The notes under the pieces are model-generated. The model searched no databases and was not told where the DNA came from. It was given only the letters and a program-made list of their open reading frames with translations. Positions 46,217-56,561 of a stretch of DNA of 64,000 nt are shown here, one piece after another. The stretch lies in contig DPGN01000021.1 in NCBI GenBank assembly GCA_003523185.1, positions 14,094 to 78,093 on the forward strand, given 5' to 3'. This DNA comes from Halieaceae bacterium (GTDB lineage Bacteria; Pseudomonadota; Gammaproteobacteria; Pseudomonadales; Halieaceae). Both the position numbers and the translations under genes were made by a program. The first letter of the stretch is position 1; every line of letters begins with the position of its first letter.

Positions 46217-48151
46217 TTAGTAACTGAGACCCCACCCGTACGGGAACAGCGGATTGGCCGTGTCATCAGGCACGTCTTCTAACTGAGCTTCTACTTCAGC
46301 CATCGAAGAGGGCAGCTCAAACGGCAGTTTGCCTACTGGGTTGTGTTTGCCGAATACGACATCCAGCATGGCTTCATCCGATACCCCAAAAGTTCCCACT
46401 AACGCGCCGCTCATTTCCTTGAGCTCTGTCAGGACCGCCGGGCGGTTGAGATCCACCAAGGTCACCAACTGACTGACCTCGCGGTAGGAAGCGGCCTTCG
46501 CCAGAATCTCCTCACTAAACGCAAGATTAGTGTCTGGGAAACGCGTGGCCATCATCTGATCGAGCGTGCGATCGGTACCTGCCGGTTGGTTACCATTGAA
46601 GACAGTGTTGAGGAACAGTAAAACTACGTCTGCTTCATCAGGTGTCTCGACAACTGTTCCGTATTTGGCGGCAACACTTGGATCGAGGCCATCCACGAAG
46701 ATCCGCGTCTCTGCCAGTAAGGGAAGTGCACTACTTTCGTTATCGAGCAAGACCACGGCGTTTCGCTGTGCTGTCATGCCGAGAGAGACATACTCAGGCA
46801 AATTCACGAGCGCGTTAACTTTAGCCTCATCGACGAAGGGCGTTTCGAACAGTCCAAGATCAAATTTGTTTCTCAGGATTCGACGGACCGACTCATCGAT
46901 ACGCGCCTCACTGATCGCACCTTGGTTGACGAGGTCGACAATATACTCGGGATCACTTTCACCACCGTACTGGTCAACCCCAGCTTCAATTGATTTCAGG
47001 TAGCGTTCCTCGACGGTGAGTGGCTCAACCCCCCATATACGGCCCGTAACCACACCCCAGTCGGTACAGATAACACCTTCGAAGCCCAATTGATCACGGA
47101 GAAGGTCGGTCAAGATGTAGCGGTTATAGGCCATTGCGACATCCTCATCGGTTTGACCCGTTGGGATGCCGTAGTAGGGCATCACAACACGCATGTCGTT
47201 CTCAATGGCAGCAATGAAGGGCGCGAGGTGATAATCGAAGTGATCGCCCGGGTACACCTGGCTTTCGCCCGATTTAAGGTGAGGGTCTAGACCATCCAAC
47301 TGGGGTCCGCCGCCCGGGAAATGTTTAACCATGGTCATGACGCTCTGATTGCTCAGGCGCTCTCCCTGAAAGCCCTTCATATAGGCAACGGTCATTTCAG
47401 CTGACAGCTCTGCATTTGAGCCAAAGGTGCCAAAGTTTCTTGCCCATCGTGGCTCGGTTGCCATGTCGCTCATGGGGTGCAGCGCGGTCGTGAAGCCCAT
47501 TGCGCGGTACTCAGCAGCAGCGATTTTGCCAAAGGCCTCGAGCATGCTCGCGTCGCGGCCCGCAGCAAAGCCTAGCTGCGATGGCCATTTAGAGACGCCG
47601 CCCAATGTAAACGAAGCGATCCCGCCGCCCCTTGGCACTTCGTGAACCGGGTCGCTACTGATAGAGAGTGGAATACCGAGACGCGTCCTTTCCGCAATTC
47701 GCTGCAAGTCGTTGAGGCGCTTGGCGATGTTCTCTGGGCTGGCACCGCCATAGAAATTAAAGTGAGTCAGTGATTTCCGTGTGATGAGTTCCTCGATGGC
47801 TGTACCCGAATTCATCGCTTCAAGAAAGACTCGGAATAGGGGGTCTGGCTCAATCAGCACGGGCGGGTGAAACATTTGACCGACTTTTTCCTCGAGGGTC
47901 ATTTGACTCAGGAGATCTTCAACCCGATCGGTCGTTGCGACGCGATAGTCCTCGTAGGGGTCCAGCTCGCCGTTGCGGTTTAAGTCGCGAAAAGCCTCTC
48001 CATCCGCGCTGATGGGCGCGGCGATCGATGATTGTGCGAGCGACGCCTTCATCTTACTGATGGGTTTTAGGAAAAGGTTAGCCGCGTAAAGTGCTGCAAC
48101 AACGACAGCGATGATCAAAACGCGAACCACAAGCTTAATTATTGTTTTCAT
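46217..48151 (-). CDS. glycoside hydrolase family 3 protein (membrane-anchored or secreted beta-glucosidase / hexosaminidase-like)
   Basis: N-terminal hydrophobic anchor. 'KHFPGGG' and nucleophile region 'GVICTDWG' are typical of GH3. Two-domain length of 644 aa. Confidence 0.85.
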   Translation of the reverse strand: MKTIIKLVVRVLIIAVVVAALYAANLFLKPISKMKASLAQSSIAAPISADGEAFRDLNRNGELDPYEDYRVATTDRVEDLLSQMTLEEKVGQMFHPPVLIEPDPLFRVFLEAMNSGTAIEELITRKSLTHFNFYGGASPENIAKRLNDLQRIAERTRLGIPLSISSDPVHEVPRGGGIASFTLGGVSKWPSQLGFAAGRDASMLEAFGKIAAAEYRAMGFTTALHPMSDMATEPRWARNFGTFGSNAELSAEMTVAYMKGFQGERLSNQSVMTMVKHFPGGGPQLDGLDPHLKSGESQVYPGDHFDYHLAPFIAAIENDMRVVMPYYGIPTGQTDEDVAMAYNRYILTDLLRDQLGFEGVICTDWGVVTGRIWGVEPLTVEERYLKSIEAGVDQYGGESDPEYIVDLVNQGAISEARIDESVRRILRNKFDLGLFETPFVDEAKVNALVNLPEYVSLGMTAQRNAVVLLDNESSALPLLAETRIFVDGLDPSVAAKYGTVVETPDEADVVLLFLNTVFNGNQPAGTDRTLDQMMATRFPDTNLAFSEEILAKAASYREVSQLVTLVDLNRPAVLTELKEMSGALVGTFGVSDEAMLDVVFGKHNPVGKLPFELPSSMAEVEAQLEDVPDDTANPLFPYGWGLSY

Positions 48152-48260
48152 ATGAAGACCTCATGCCCCCGTCGGAAGTATTCAGTCACGACCGGTTGGG
48201 TTAAGGTAAAACGCATGGCCCCGAGCGTCCAATAAAAACAATGGCAAGGAGCAAGACAAC

Positions 48261-49709
48261 ATGCTGAATACCAGCGCTAGAGAACTTGCTATGCGTATGT
48301 GGATGGGAGAGCTCTCATCCGTTGAAGTAACACAGTTCTACATAGACCGAATTGAGAAGCACAACCCAGCCATCAATGCGGTGATTGCAGAGCGATTTGA
48401 CGCTGCACTCGACGAGGCTCGACAGGCGGATGAGAAGGTGCAACGCGGAGAGCCTTTGGGTGCTCTTCATGGATTACCGATGACCATCAAAGATGCCTAT
48501 GAGGTGACCGGTTTGACTTGTGAGGTCGGGCATCTTCCTTTCAAAGGGCGAGTCTCCGATAGGGATGCGGTTGTGGTTCAGCGATTGCGAGCGGCTGGCG
48601 CTATCATCCTTGGTAAGACGAATACGCCACTTCACTGCGCGGATCTGCAGACCTATAACGATATTCACGGCACGACGAATAACCCGCATAACCTTGCCCA
48701 TACACCCGGAGGATCCTCTGGCGGCGCGGCAGCGGCACTGGCTTCGGGTATGACACCGCTCGAGTTCGGCAGCGATATCGGTGGGTCCATCAGAACGCCT
48801 TCGCATTTTTGTGGTTTGTTTGGTCACAAGCCCACCTTCGACATTATCCCGCAGCGAGGGCATGTGCCCCCAAGGCATGGTGCAAGAACAACCGGCGCCT
48901 TAACTGTAATGGGACCATTGGCGCGTTCCGTTGATGACCTTGAATTGGCGTTTGATCTCACAGTGGGTCTCGATGAACAACGCAGCTCAGGTCTGCGGCT
49001 TGAATTGCCCACCTCACGAGTAGATTCACCGAAGCAGGTCAGAGTTGGACTGTGGCTAGGTGATGATTATTGTCCTGTAGATAGAGAAATCCTTTTAGGT
49101 ATCGAGCAAGCTGCGCACTCGCTTGAAGTCATGGGTGCCTGCGTGGAAGAAGCGAGGCCCAGTTTTAGTTTGGCTGAGCATCATGAGACGTACCTGATGC
49201 ATCTATCGCCCATTATTGCGTCGGGATTTGGTCCACGCGAAATAAACCTCATGCAGCAGATCGCGGGCGCCAGTGAACCTGAAGATAAGTCGCCAAATAC
49301 GCTGCAGGCTCGCGGCGCTCTCTTGGCGCATCGGGAGTGGTTAGTATGGAATGAAATCCGTGCGCACCTAGTAGATCAATGGCGTTCTTTCTTTGACGAT
49401 TACGATGTCCTCATTTGTCCTGTTACCCCCACCACTGCCATGCCACATGATCAGGAGACGTCGTATGGCGCCCGTAAAATATGGGTCAACGGAGAAGCTC
49501 GCCCCTATTCAGATAATGTGGTCTGGGCCGGGGTAGCGACCCTCTGTGGGTTGCCATCCACAGCAGTGCCCGTCGGCAGGCACAGTGATGGTCTTCCTTT
49601 TGGGCTTCAGATTATTGGCCCTGAATATGCGGATCGCACCACGATGGCGGTTGCGCGCTGGTTAGAGGAGGCGGGATACGTCACGAGGTTGGCAGAGGGC
49701 TACCAATAA
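48261..49709 (+). CDS. amidase-signature (AS) family amidase
   Basis: 'GGSSGGAAAALASG' signature with upstream 'TIKD' Lys. 482 aa. Confidence 0.9.
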   Translation: MLNTSARELAMRMWMGELSSVEVTQFYIDRIEKHNPAINAVIAERFDAALDEARQADEKVQRGEPLGALHGLPMTIKDAYEVTGLTCEVGHLPFKGRVSDRDAVVVQRLRAAGAIILGKTNTPLHCADLQTYNDIHGTTNNPHNLAHTPGGSSGGAAAALASGMTPLEFGSDIGGSIRTPSHFCGLFGHKPTFDIIPQRGHVPPRHGARTTGALTVMGPLARSVDDLELAFDLTVGLDEQRSSGLRLELPTSRVDSPKQVRVGLWLGDDYCPVDREILLGIEQAAHSLEVMGACVEEARPSFSLAEHHETYLMHLSPIIASGFGPREINLMQQIAGASEPEDKSPNTLQARGALLAHREWLVWNEIRAHLVDQWRSFFDDYDVLICPVTPTTAMPHDQETSYGARKIWVNGEARPYSDNVVWAGVATLCGLPSTAVPVGRHSDGLPFGLQIIGPEYADRTTMAVARWLEEAGYVTRLAEGYQ

Positions 49710-49874
49710 GAGCCATTATTTAGAGCCATCAACAAAGGCCCTCGATAAATGCGACTCACATTAGTGTGTGGATTGCGCGGCTGGTAATGAAAAGCGACGC
49801 AGGTAAACTGCCTGTGGAGATCAAACAAACCATGGCGCGTTGAGTCACTCGATTCAGCGACTGGGGAGCACACC

Positions 49875-51464
49875 ATGAATACGTCGACGAGCGATGCCCA
49901 GCAGGGCATGGGTGGATTTTTAGGTTGGATTGAGCGTAGCGGCAACAAACTGCCAGATCCTGTCTTTTTATTTTTCTGGCTGATTCTCGGTCTGGTTGCT
50001 ATCTCGGTGTTGGCGACAATGACTGGCGTCTCGGCCGCCCACCCGACAAAAATTGATCCCGCAACAGGTGCCAATCAAATCATTTCCGCTACCAGCCTCC
50101 TGTCCGCAGAGAATATTGCAAAGCTGTGGGTAGATATGCCCAAAACCTTCACGCACTTCCATCCTTTGGGCTATGTGCTGGTGGTGATGTTGGGAGCAGG
50201 AGTTGCTGAGCGTGTGGGTCTTTTCGGTACAGCCATGCGAGCCGGCGTTCGCGATGTGCCCAATCCGCTTTTAACCCCGACGGTTGTGCTCGTGGGCATG
50301 CTGGGTAATCTCGCTGCTGATGCTGCCTATGTGGTGCTAATTCCATTGGCGGGGATTATCTTTCACGCGGCGGGTCGACACCCTATCGCTGGGATAGCTG
50401 CGGCATTCGCGGGTGTGTCCGGCGGTTTTTCGGCAAATCTGCTCCCGGGTCAGCTCGACGCGCTGTTGTTTGGTATTACCGAAGCAAGTGTCGAAACGGT
50501 CTTCGGTGATTTCACTGCGAACATTGCCGGCAACTGGTTCTTTATCGCTGGAATGACCTTCGTGTTCCTACCGGTCATCTGGTACGTCACCGACAAGATT
50601 ATCGAACCTCGTTTGGGCGCATTTGACCCGAGCCTCGCCTCGGCAGCGAGCGCTGATGATGAAAGTGACCGCGAACTGACAGAGGATGAGCGACGCGGAC
50701 TGCGTAATGCCGGTTGGGCGGTCCTTTTTGTCATTGGTTTGTGGACCTTATTCACCATCGGACCGGGAACCCCACTGATTGATGAGGCGGCCTCTGCAGA
50801 GGCGCAAATGGCGCCGTTTTATAAAAGCCTGGTTGCTGCGTTCTTTATTCTGTTCCTACTCGCAGGTTGGGCCTACGGAAAAGGCGCAGGCACCATCAAT
50901 GATCACCGTGATCTGGTTAAGATGATGACGGGGGCGATGGAAGACCTGGCTTACTATCTCGTTCTGGCGTTTGCTGCGGCGCACTTCGTAGCCATGTTTT
51001 CCTGGTCTAACCTGGGTCTCATTTTGGCTGTGCACGGCGCCGACTTTCTGAGCTCGACGAATATGCCAGCCTGGGCACTGCTGACGTCCATTATTCTGGT
51101 GTCGTCACTACTCAATCTGTTTGTGGGTTCGGCGAGTGCCAAATGGGCTCTCATTGCACCGGTGATGGTGCCGATGTTGATGCTTCTTGGTATCACACCC
51201 GAGATGGCAACCGCGGCTTACCGTGTGGGTGATGGCGCTACCAATATCATTACGCCGCTCATGGTCTATTTCCCACTGATCCTGATTTTCTGCCAGCGAT
51301 GGCAAAGTAATTTTGGTCTGGGGAGCCTCGCGGCCACGATGCTGCCTTATTCCATTGGTCTCTTGGTGTCGGGTCTTGCGATGACCATTGCCTGGGTTGT
51401 CTTGGATTTGCCACTTGGCCCAGGTGCTTCGGTGTTTATGGAGATCCCAACAACCATTCAATAA
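49875..51464 (+). CDS. AbgT family transporter (p-aminobenzoyl-glutamate transporter family)
   Basis: N-terminus 'FLGWIERSGNKLPDPVFLFF' is characteristic of AbgT/MtrF. 529 aa polytopic protein. Confidence 0.85.
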   Translation: MNTSTSDAQQGMGGFLGWIERSGNKLPDPVFLFFWLILGLVAISVLATMTGVSAAHPTKIDPATGANQIISATSLLSAENIAKLWVDMPKTFTHFHPLGYVLVVMLGAGVAERVGLFGTAMRAGVRDVPNPLLTPTVVLVGMLGNLAADAAYVVLIPLAGIIFHAAGRHPIAGIAAAFAGVSGGFSANLLPGQLDALLFGITEASVETVFGDFTANIAGNWFFIAGMTFVFLPVIWYVTDKIIEPRLGAFDPSLASAASADDESDRELTEDERRGLRNAGWAVLFVIGLWTLFTIGPGTPLIDEAASAEAQMAPFYKSLVAAFFILFLLAGWAYGKGAGTINDHRDLVKMMTGAMEDLAYYLVLAFAAAHFVAMFSWSNLGLILAVHGADFLSSTNMPAWALLTSIILVSSLLNLFVGSASAKWALIAPVMVPMLMLLGITPEMATAAYRVGDGATNIITPLMVYFPLILIFCQRWQSNFGLGSLAATMLPYSIGLLVSGLAMTIAWVVLDLPLGPGASVFMEIPTTIQ

Positions 51465-51480
51465 GGCCGCAGTTCACCGA

Positions 51481-52674
51481 TCATGCGGTGACGGGCAGCG
51501 GTGCCCACAGGTCTGTGATGTGGCCGCCGGAGAAAACAGCGATTGTTGGGAACTGGAGGAACACGGCTTCGCTCTGTGTTGGTCGCAAGAAAACAAAGTC
51601 ATCGACTTTAAGCGACGAATTTTTGGGGGCGACCAACATTTCCTGGTTACTTGAGCGACCAAAGAGACTGCTGTTTTTAAGCCCGCCGGGGTAGACCGGG
51701 TCCGCTTTCCAGTAGCCACCGTGCAGAAATACGGTCTTTCCCGACTGCGGTTTGCCCAGTGCTCGATTGGCGTATTCAAGGCCGGGCAAACGAACGCCTT
51801 TGCTTACCTTGATGGCCGGTGTGGCGATGAAGCTCGCCGGTAAAAATGCCTTTAGTATGGGTAAATCGAAATCGCTGGGCTTGACGAGCGCCGATCCAGC
51901 GGCAATCTCATTGGCCAGCAACGTGTCGGAGTAGAGCCCAAACGTCGGGCTACCTGCCATATTTCTTACCATATTCGTAACGTGTTCTTGACCAAAAATC
52001 GCCGCGGTGTGCTTTAAAGCCTGTTGAAACTGATCGGCTGCGCCCTGCTTGGCGCGTTTGGGCCAGCCAGCAATATTGGGCAGCTTAGTCAGGTGTGGCT
52101 CGTAGCCCATCAGACCGGCGAGGGTCAGGTTGTTACTCTGATGAATGGTTCTCAGTGACGCTTCGAGATCAGCTCCTGGCTCCAACCCACCGCGGTGAAG
52201 GCCAACGTCGATCTCGAGGTTGATCTGTAACTGGATATCCGCTGACATGGCGAGCTCGGCGTACTCGACCAACCGCGCTGGCGTATCGATCAGCCATTGA
52301 ACCTGATGTTGTAGCTGGCTACGCGTTTGGGTACTGGCCTCATCGAGTGTTCGCCTCAGTGCTCGCACGGGAATCGGCTTGCCGAGCAACTGATTGGCTT
52401 CCGGCATCAGCGCAAGGAGCTGTGTGACCATGTTGGTGTTGAAGGTCATGAGCCGACGGGTCTCAGTTTGGGTTGCAACGTATTCAAGCAGTTCGGCACA
52501 CGGTAGGGACTTGGCGACAATACGGTAGGCCATCCCCTCAGGCAGCATGGCTTTTAACGCAGCGATATTGGTGTCCAGCCGATCACGGTCGATGACCAAT
52601 ACAGGTTCTGCGAGCCCTGCGTTAGCAAGCGCCTGTTGCAGTTGTTGAAAGTAGCTGGCGGACAGTGGGTTCAT
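51481..52674 (-). CDS. fold-type III PLP enzyme (DSD1 / D-threonine-aldolase / alanine-racemase-N family)
   Basis: 'INLEIDVGLHRGG' and 'MGYEPH' patterns are typical of DSD1-like enzymes. ATG at 52674 sits 1 nt after the upstream TGA (the track's 52686 start is TTG). Confidence 0.65.
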   Translation of the reverse strand: MNPLSASYFQQLQQALANAGLAEPVLVIDRDRLDTNIAALKAMLPEGMAYRIVAKSLPCAELLEYVATQTETRRLMTFNTNMVTQLLALMPEANQLLGKPIPVRALRRTLDEASTQTRSQLQHQVQWLIDTPARLVEYAELAMSADIQLQINLEIDVGLHRGGLEPGADLEASLRTIHQSNNLTLAGLMGYEPHLTKLPNIAGWPKRAKQGAADQFQQALKHTAAIFGQEHVTNMVRNMAGSPTFGLYSDTLLANEIAAGSALVKPSDFDLPILKAFLPASFIATPAIKVSKGVRLPGLEYANRALGKPQSGKTVFLHGGYWKADPVYPGGLKNSSLFGRSSNQEMLVAPKNSSLKVDDFVFLRPTQSEAVFLQFPTIAVFSGGHITDLWAPLPVTA

Positions 52675-52675
52675 G

Positions 52676-53962
52676 TCAGACCTCAAATAGGTCCGAGAGG
52701 TAGCCGTTCAGTAGACGGCCATCCGGGTCTAACTCACGGCGCAGCGCAGCAAAGTTTTCGAAGTCCGGATACCACGCGCGTGCCTGCGCTGCAGTCATGC
52801 TGTTGAGCTTGCCCCAGTGAGGTCTGCCGCCGTACTTCTGAAAGATGGGCTCGACATCGGTGAACAGGAAGTCGTAGGCATCCTTGTGATAACAGTGAAC
52901 GGCTACCGAAATTCTGTTGCCGCCATTGAATGGCGATAGCCACGCGCTATCGCTTTTGGTCTGCCGCGCTTCGAAGGGGAAGAACACATCGGGACGCTTG
53001 GTTTCAATGTAGTGCCGCACTTCCTCGAGTGCTTCGAGTCCTCGCTCCACCGGCAGGTGATACTCCATTTCGTTGAAACGAACGTTCCGTTCGCTGGCCA
53101 GCAAATCCCAGCTCTCGCCAATGACATTCTCCGTTGGCTCATTAGCTATAGCGCGTTTAAGAAGCCATCGCCTGAGCGGTGTGAACCATTTGAGGGAATC
53201 CCTAAGGCTCTTTAGCTGCATCATGGCTGATGTGCTGGTGTCATGATTGGCGGGCGTTGATGGCTCCGTGCTGACATTGTGCGTGAGCAATAAGCTGGTA
53301 TCGGAAAAGGGGATATAAAAGAACTCGAAGTTGCGGTTCTCGTTCCAATAGCGCTCTGCGTTTTCCAGGGTGTGCTTGTTTGAGGCAGGCCACACCTGTC
53401 GATGCAGCTTAAAGCGCTCTACGAGCTGCATTTTAATCTCGGTGATAACACCCAGCGCGCCGAGTGCAACGCGGGCGCCATCTAACCACTCGGCGTTCTC
53501 ATGCGCGCTTATTTCTAACAGTTCACCCGAACCTGTCACGAGTTTCAGTGCCTGGATCTCAGCCGCCAGCCCTTGTAACTCTTTGCCTGTGCCGTGCGTA
53601 CCTGTGCTTGTGGCGCCAGCTAGAGTTTGAACGTCGATATCGCCCAGATTCCTGAAGGCGTAGCCGCGCTCTGAGAGTTGGGGTGACAGATCATGCAGTT
53701 TGGCGCCGGCGCCCAACCACGCCTGATGTGTCAGAGGATCGATCTCACCCACACTCGAAAAGTGGTCGAGCTTAACGATGGTGTGCTTCGTCGGCACCAG
53801 CGGCATCCAGCTGTGACCGGACCCCACGGGTCTGACGCCACGGCTGTGGGATAGCATCAAGGCCGATAGCTCCTGAACAGATGTTGGCGTCAGCACAGGA
53901 GCCGGTGAGGCGGGTAGTGACCTCGACCAGTTCTGCCATTGTGTTGCTGCTCGTTCCGTCAT
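52676..53962 (-). CDS. FAD-linked oxidase of the D-arabinono-1,4-lactone / L-gulonolactone oxidase (ALO) family
   Basis: 'WQNWS', 'VGSGHSW', 'TLAGATSTGTHGTG' and C-terminal 'GGRPHWGK' match the VAO-fold ALO family. Start moved to the ATG at 53962. Confidence 0.8.
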   Translation of the reverse strand: MTERAATQWQNWSRSLPASPAPVLTPTSVQELSALMLSHSRGVRPVGSGHSWMPLVPTKHTIVKLDHFSSVGEIDPLTHQAWLGAGAKLHDLSPQLSERGYAFRNLGDIDVQTLAGATSTGTHGTGKELQGLAAEIQALKLVTGSGELLEISAHENAEWLDGARVALGALGVITEIKMQLVERFKLHRQVWPASNKHTLENAERYWNENRNFEFFYIPFSDTSLLLTHNVSTEPSTPANHDTSTSAMMQLKSLRDSLKWFTPLRRWLLKRAIANEPTENVIGESWDLLASERNVRFNEMEYHLPVERGLEALEEVRHYIETKRPDVFFPFEARQTKSDSAWLSPFNGGNRISVAVHCYHKDAYDFLFTDVEPIFQKYGGRPHWGKLNSMTAAQARAWYPDFENFAALRRELDPDGRLLNGYLSDLFEV

Positions 53963-54195
53963 TTGCTTTGAATTTTTTGTAAGCGGACGCACCTGACGGT
54001 AGCACAATCGCAGGCAACTGAAAGGTGTTTTAGATGAAGCTGAAACACGGCAGAGATTACTCGCGCTTTGAGGCCAACTTTTCACCTAAATTTTTGATGT
54101 AACACTCTTGCTCAGGCTCGTTTTTGTCTTTAGTTTGGCGGCGAAGTGGAGGCCTGATAAAACAAACTCAAAAGCCTCACTCGGGGACCCAAACC

Positions 54196-55881
54196 ATGGC
54201 ATCAGATATCGAAATCGCACAGGCTGCGACGCCGCGCCCAATCTCTCAGATTGCGGATCAACTCAGTATTCCAGAGGAAGCGCTCGAGCCCTTTGGCCGC
54301 ATTAAAGGCAAGGTGAATTTGGACTGGTTGCTGGAGCAACCGGTTCGCGATAGTGCGCGCATGATCTTGGTGACGGCCATCAGCCCGACACCGGCCGGTG
54401 AAGGTAAAACCACGACTACAGTGGGTCTGGGTGATGCATTGCAGAAAATTGGTAAGGACGCGGTTATTTGCCTTCGTGAGCCATCGTTAGGTCCGGTCTT
54501 TGGTATGAAAGGCGGCGCTGCGGGTGGCGGTTATGCGCAGGTCATTCCCATGGAGGACATTAACCTTCACTTTAATGGTGATTTGCATGCCATCAGCGTC
54601 GCCAACAACCTGCTGGCAGCCCTGCTTGATAACCACGTTCATCACGGCAATGAACTCGATATCGACGTGCGTCGCATCACCTGGAAGCGTGTTCTGGATA
54701 TGAATGATCGCGCGCTGCGAGATATCACCGTTGCACTGGGTGGCCCCGGCAATGGCTATCCGCGCCAGGACGGTTTTGACATCGTCGTCGCTTCCGAAAT
54801 CATGGCGATTTTCTGTCTGGCAACCGATCTTGATGACCTAAAAGCACGCTTGGGTCGCATTGTTGTTGCTTACACCCGGGACCGTCAGCCGGTCACGGCG
54901 GCTGATCTCAAGGCTGAAGGTGCGTTGACGGCAGTATTGAAGGATGCGTTGGCACCTAATCTGGTGCAGACCTTGGAGGGCACGCCTGCCTTTGTACACG
55001 GCGGACCCTTCGCCAATATTGCGCACGGTTGTAACAGCGTGATCGCAACAACAGCGGGTCTTCGACTGGCTGACTATGTGGTTACCGAGGCGGGCTTTGG
55101 CGCCGACCTGGGTGCGGAGAAGTTTATTGATATCAAGTGCCGCTCGGCTGGTATTCGCCCGTCGGCAGCGGTGCTCGTGGCCACAATCCGCGCACTGAAG
55201 TTCCACGGCGGTGTTGCTCGAGAGAATCTGTCAGAGGAGAACCTTGAGGCCCTCGAGAAGGGTCTGACTAACCTCGATCGTCACATCACGAATATCCGTG
55301 ATCACTACGGTGTCCCTGCGGTGGTCTCCATTAACCAGTTCATTGCAGACACTCAGGCTGAGATTGATCTCATTGTCGAACACTGCCGGGTTCGTGGCAT
55401 TCAGGTAGCGCTATCAAGCCACTGGGCAAATGGCGGTGCGGGTGCGACAGAACTTGCTGAGATGGTCGTCTCTTTATGCGATGCAGATGAGACACCTGCC
55501 AATACCCCCCATCAGTCATTTGTCTATCCAGATTCAGCTACCTTGTTCGAGAAGGTCGAGGCTGTGGCAACCAAGATCTACGGCGCATCTGAGGTAACCG
55601 CCAATGCCAAGGTCAGAACGCGACTTAAGGAACTGGCTGATGAGGGCTACAGTCATCTGCCGATTTGTATTGCTAAAACCCAGTACTCATTCTCGACCGA
55701 CCCTGCATTGAAGGGTGCACCGTCGGGACATGCGATGGATATTCGTGAGGTGCGTTTGTCCGTTGGTGCGGGCTTTGTTGTGGTCATTTGTGGCGACGTC
55801 ATGACCATGCCAGGACTGCCCAAGGTGCCTGCAAGTCAAAGCATTGACGTGGTTGACGGACAGATTGTCGGTCTGTTCTGA
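54196..55881 (+). CDS. fhs: formate--tetrahydrofolate ligase
   Basis: 'SDIEIAQ', P-loop '[15 protein letters not shown]' and '[10 protein letters not shown]'. ~561 aa from the ATG at 54196. Confidence 0.93.
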   Translation: MASDIEIAQAATPRPISQIADQLSIPEEALEPFGRIKGKVNLDWLLEQPVRDSARMILVTAISPTPAGEGKTTTTVGLGDALQKIGKDAVICLREPSLGPVFGMKGGAAGGGYAQVIPMEDINLHFNGDLHAISVANNLLAALLDNHVHHGNELDIDVRRITWKRVLDMNDRALRDITVALGGPGNGYPRQDGFDIVVASEIMAIFCLATDLDDLKARLGRIVVAYTRDRQPVTAADLKAEGALTAVLKDALAPNLVQTLEGTPAFVHGGPFANIAHGCNSVIATTAGLRLADYVVTEAGFGADLGAEKFIDIKCRSAGIRPSAAVLVATIRALKFHGGVARENLSEENLEALEKGLTNLDRHITNIRDHYGVPAVVSINQFIADTQAEIDLIVEHCRVRGIQVALSSHWANGGAGATELAEMVVSLCDADETPANTPHQSFVYPDSATLFEKVEAVATKIYGASEVTANAKVRTRLKELADEGYSHLPICIAKTQYSFSTDPALKGAPSGHAMDIREVRLSVGAGFVVVICGDVMTMPGLPKVPASQSIDVVDGQIVGLF

Positions 55882-55922
55882 TCTCTAACGAGGACAAACA
55901 GAAAAATAAGCGAGGGAACATC

Positions 55923-56333
55923 ATGGCGGCAACCGGCGGATGTTTGTGCGGGCAGGTACGTTACGAGACCAAGGCTGAGCCAATGATGACAGGCGTCTGT
56001 CATTGCAAAAACTGCCAAAAGCAGGCGGGATCGGCCTTCTCAACCCTCGCGGCCTTTCATAAGTCCGATATCGAATTCACGGGAAATCTGTCGCTCTACG
56101 AGGACAGCGACACGGACACGGGAAATACTGTTAAGCGTTTTTTCTGTGGTACCTGTGGATCGCCGCTGTACTCACAAGTGCCTGCACAGCCCGACATGGC
56201 CTACTTAAAGACAGGGACCCTCGACGACACCGAAGGTTTTGTCGCTATGTTTCATTGCTGGTCGAGTACCAAGCAGAACTGGGTTGAGCTATCGCCCGAT
56301 GTGCCGGCTTTTCCGCAAAACCCAACGGGTTGA
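55923..56333 (+). CDS. GFA (glutathione-dependent formaldehyde-activating / CENP-V) family zinc protein
   Basis: Cys pattern 'GGCLCGQVRY...CHCKNCQK...FCGTCGSPL'. Confidence 0.8.
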   Translation: MAATGGCLCGQVRYETKAEPMMTGVCHCKNCQKQAGSAFSTLAAFHKSDIEFTGNLSLYEDSDTDTGNTVKRFFCGTCGSPLYSQVPAQPDMAYLKTGTLDDTEGFVAMFHCWSSTKQNWVELSPDVPAFPQNPTG

Positions 56334-56561
56334 ACTTTGGGCCGGGCATAATCCGCGGCGGCTAACTAGATCAATACAACCGATAATATTCTGATGCCTG
56401 TTGCTTGCTGCGTGCGGATATCGATCGTTGTTCAAAAACGCATTGCAAGGTCTGACTTGCCTATTGTGTGTACGTAAAGAACGGCAGATGATCCTAAGGG
56501 TGGCGCACTGAATTGTCTTTGGGTCGCGACCAACGATAAAAAACAATAAAAAGAGGGACCT

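Noticed and set aside
53963-54195. Looked for a ZTP (pfl) or THF riboswitch upstream of fhs.
   Set aside because: I could not find the conserved ZTP elements (the GGGUCGUGACUGGCG-like 5' part and the CCGCCUGGGC 3' part). Only a weak GAGGC/GCCTC hairpin is present. A covariance-model scan (Rfam RF01750, the accession as I recall it) would settle it.
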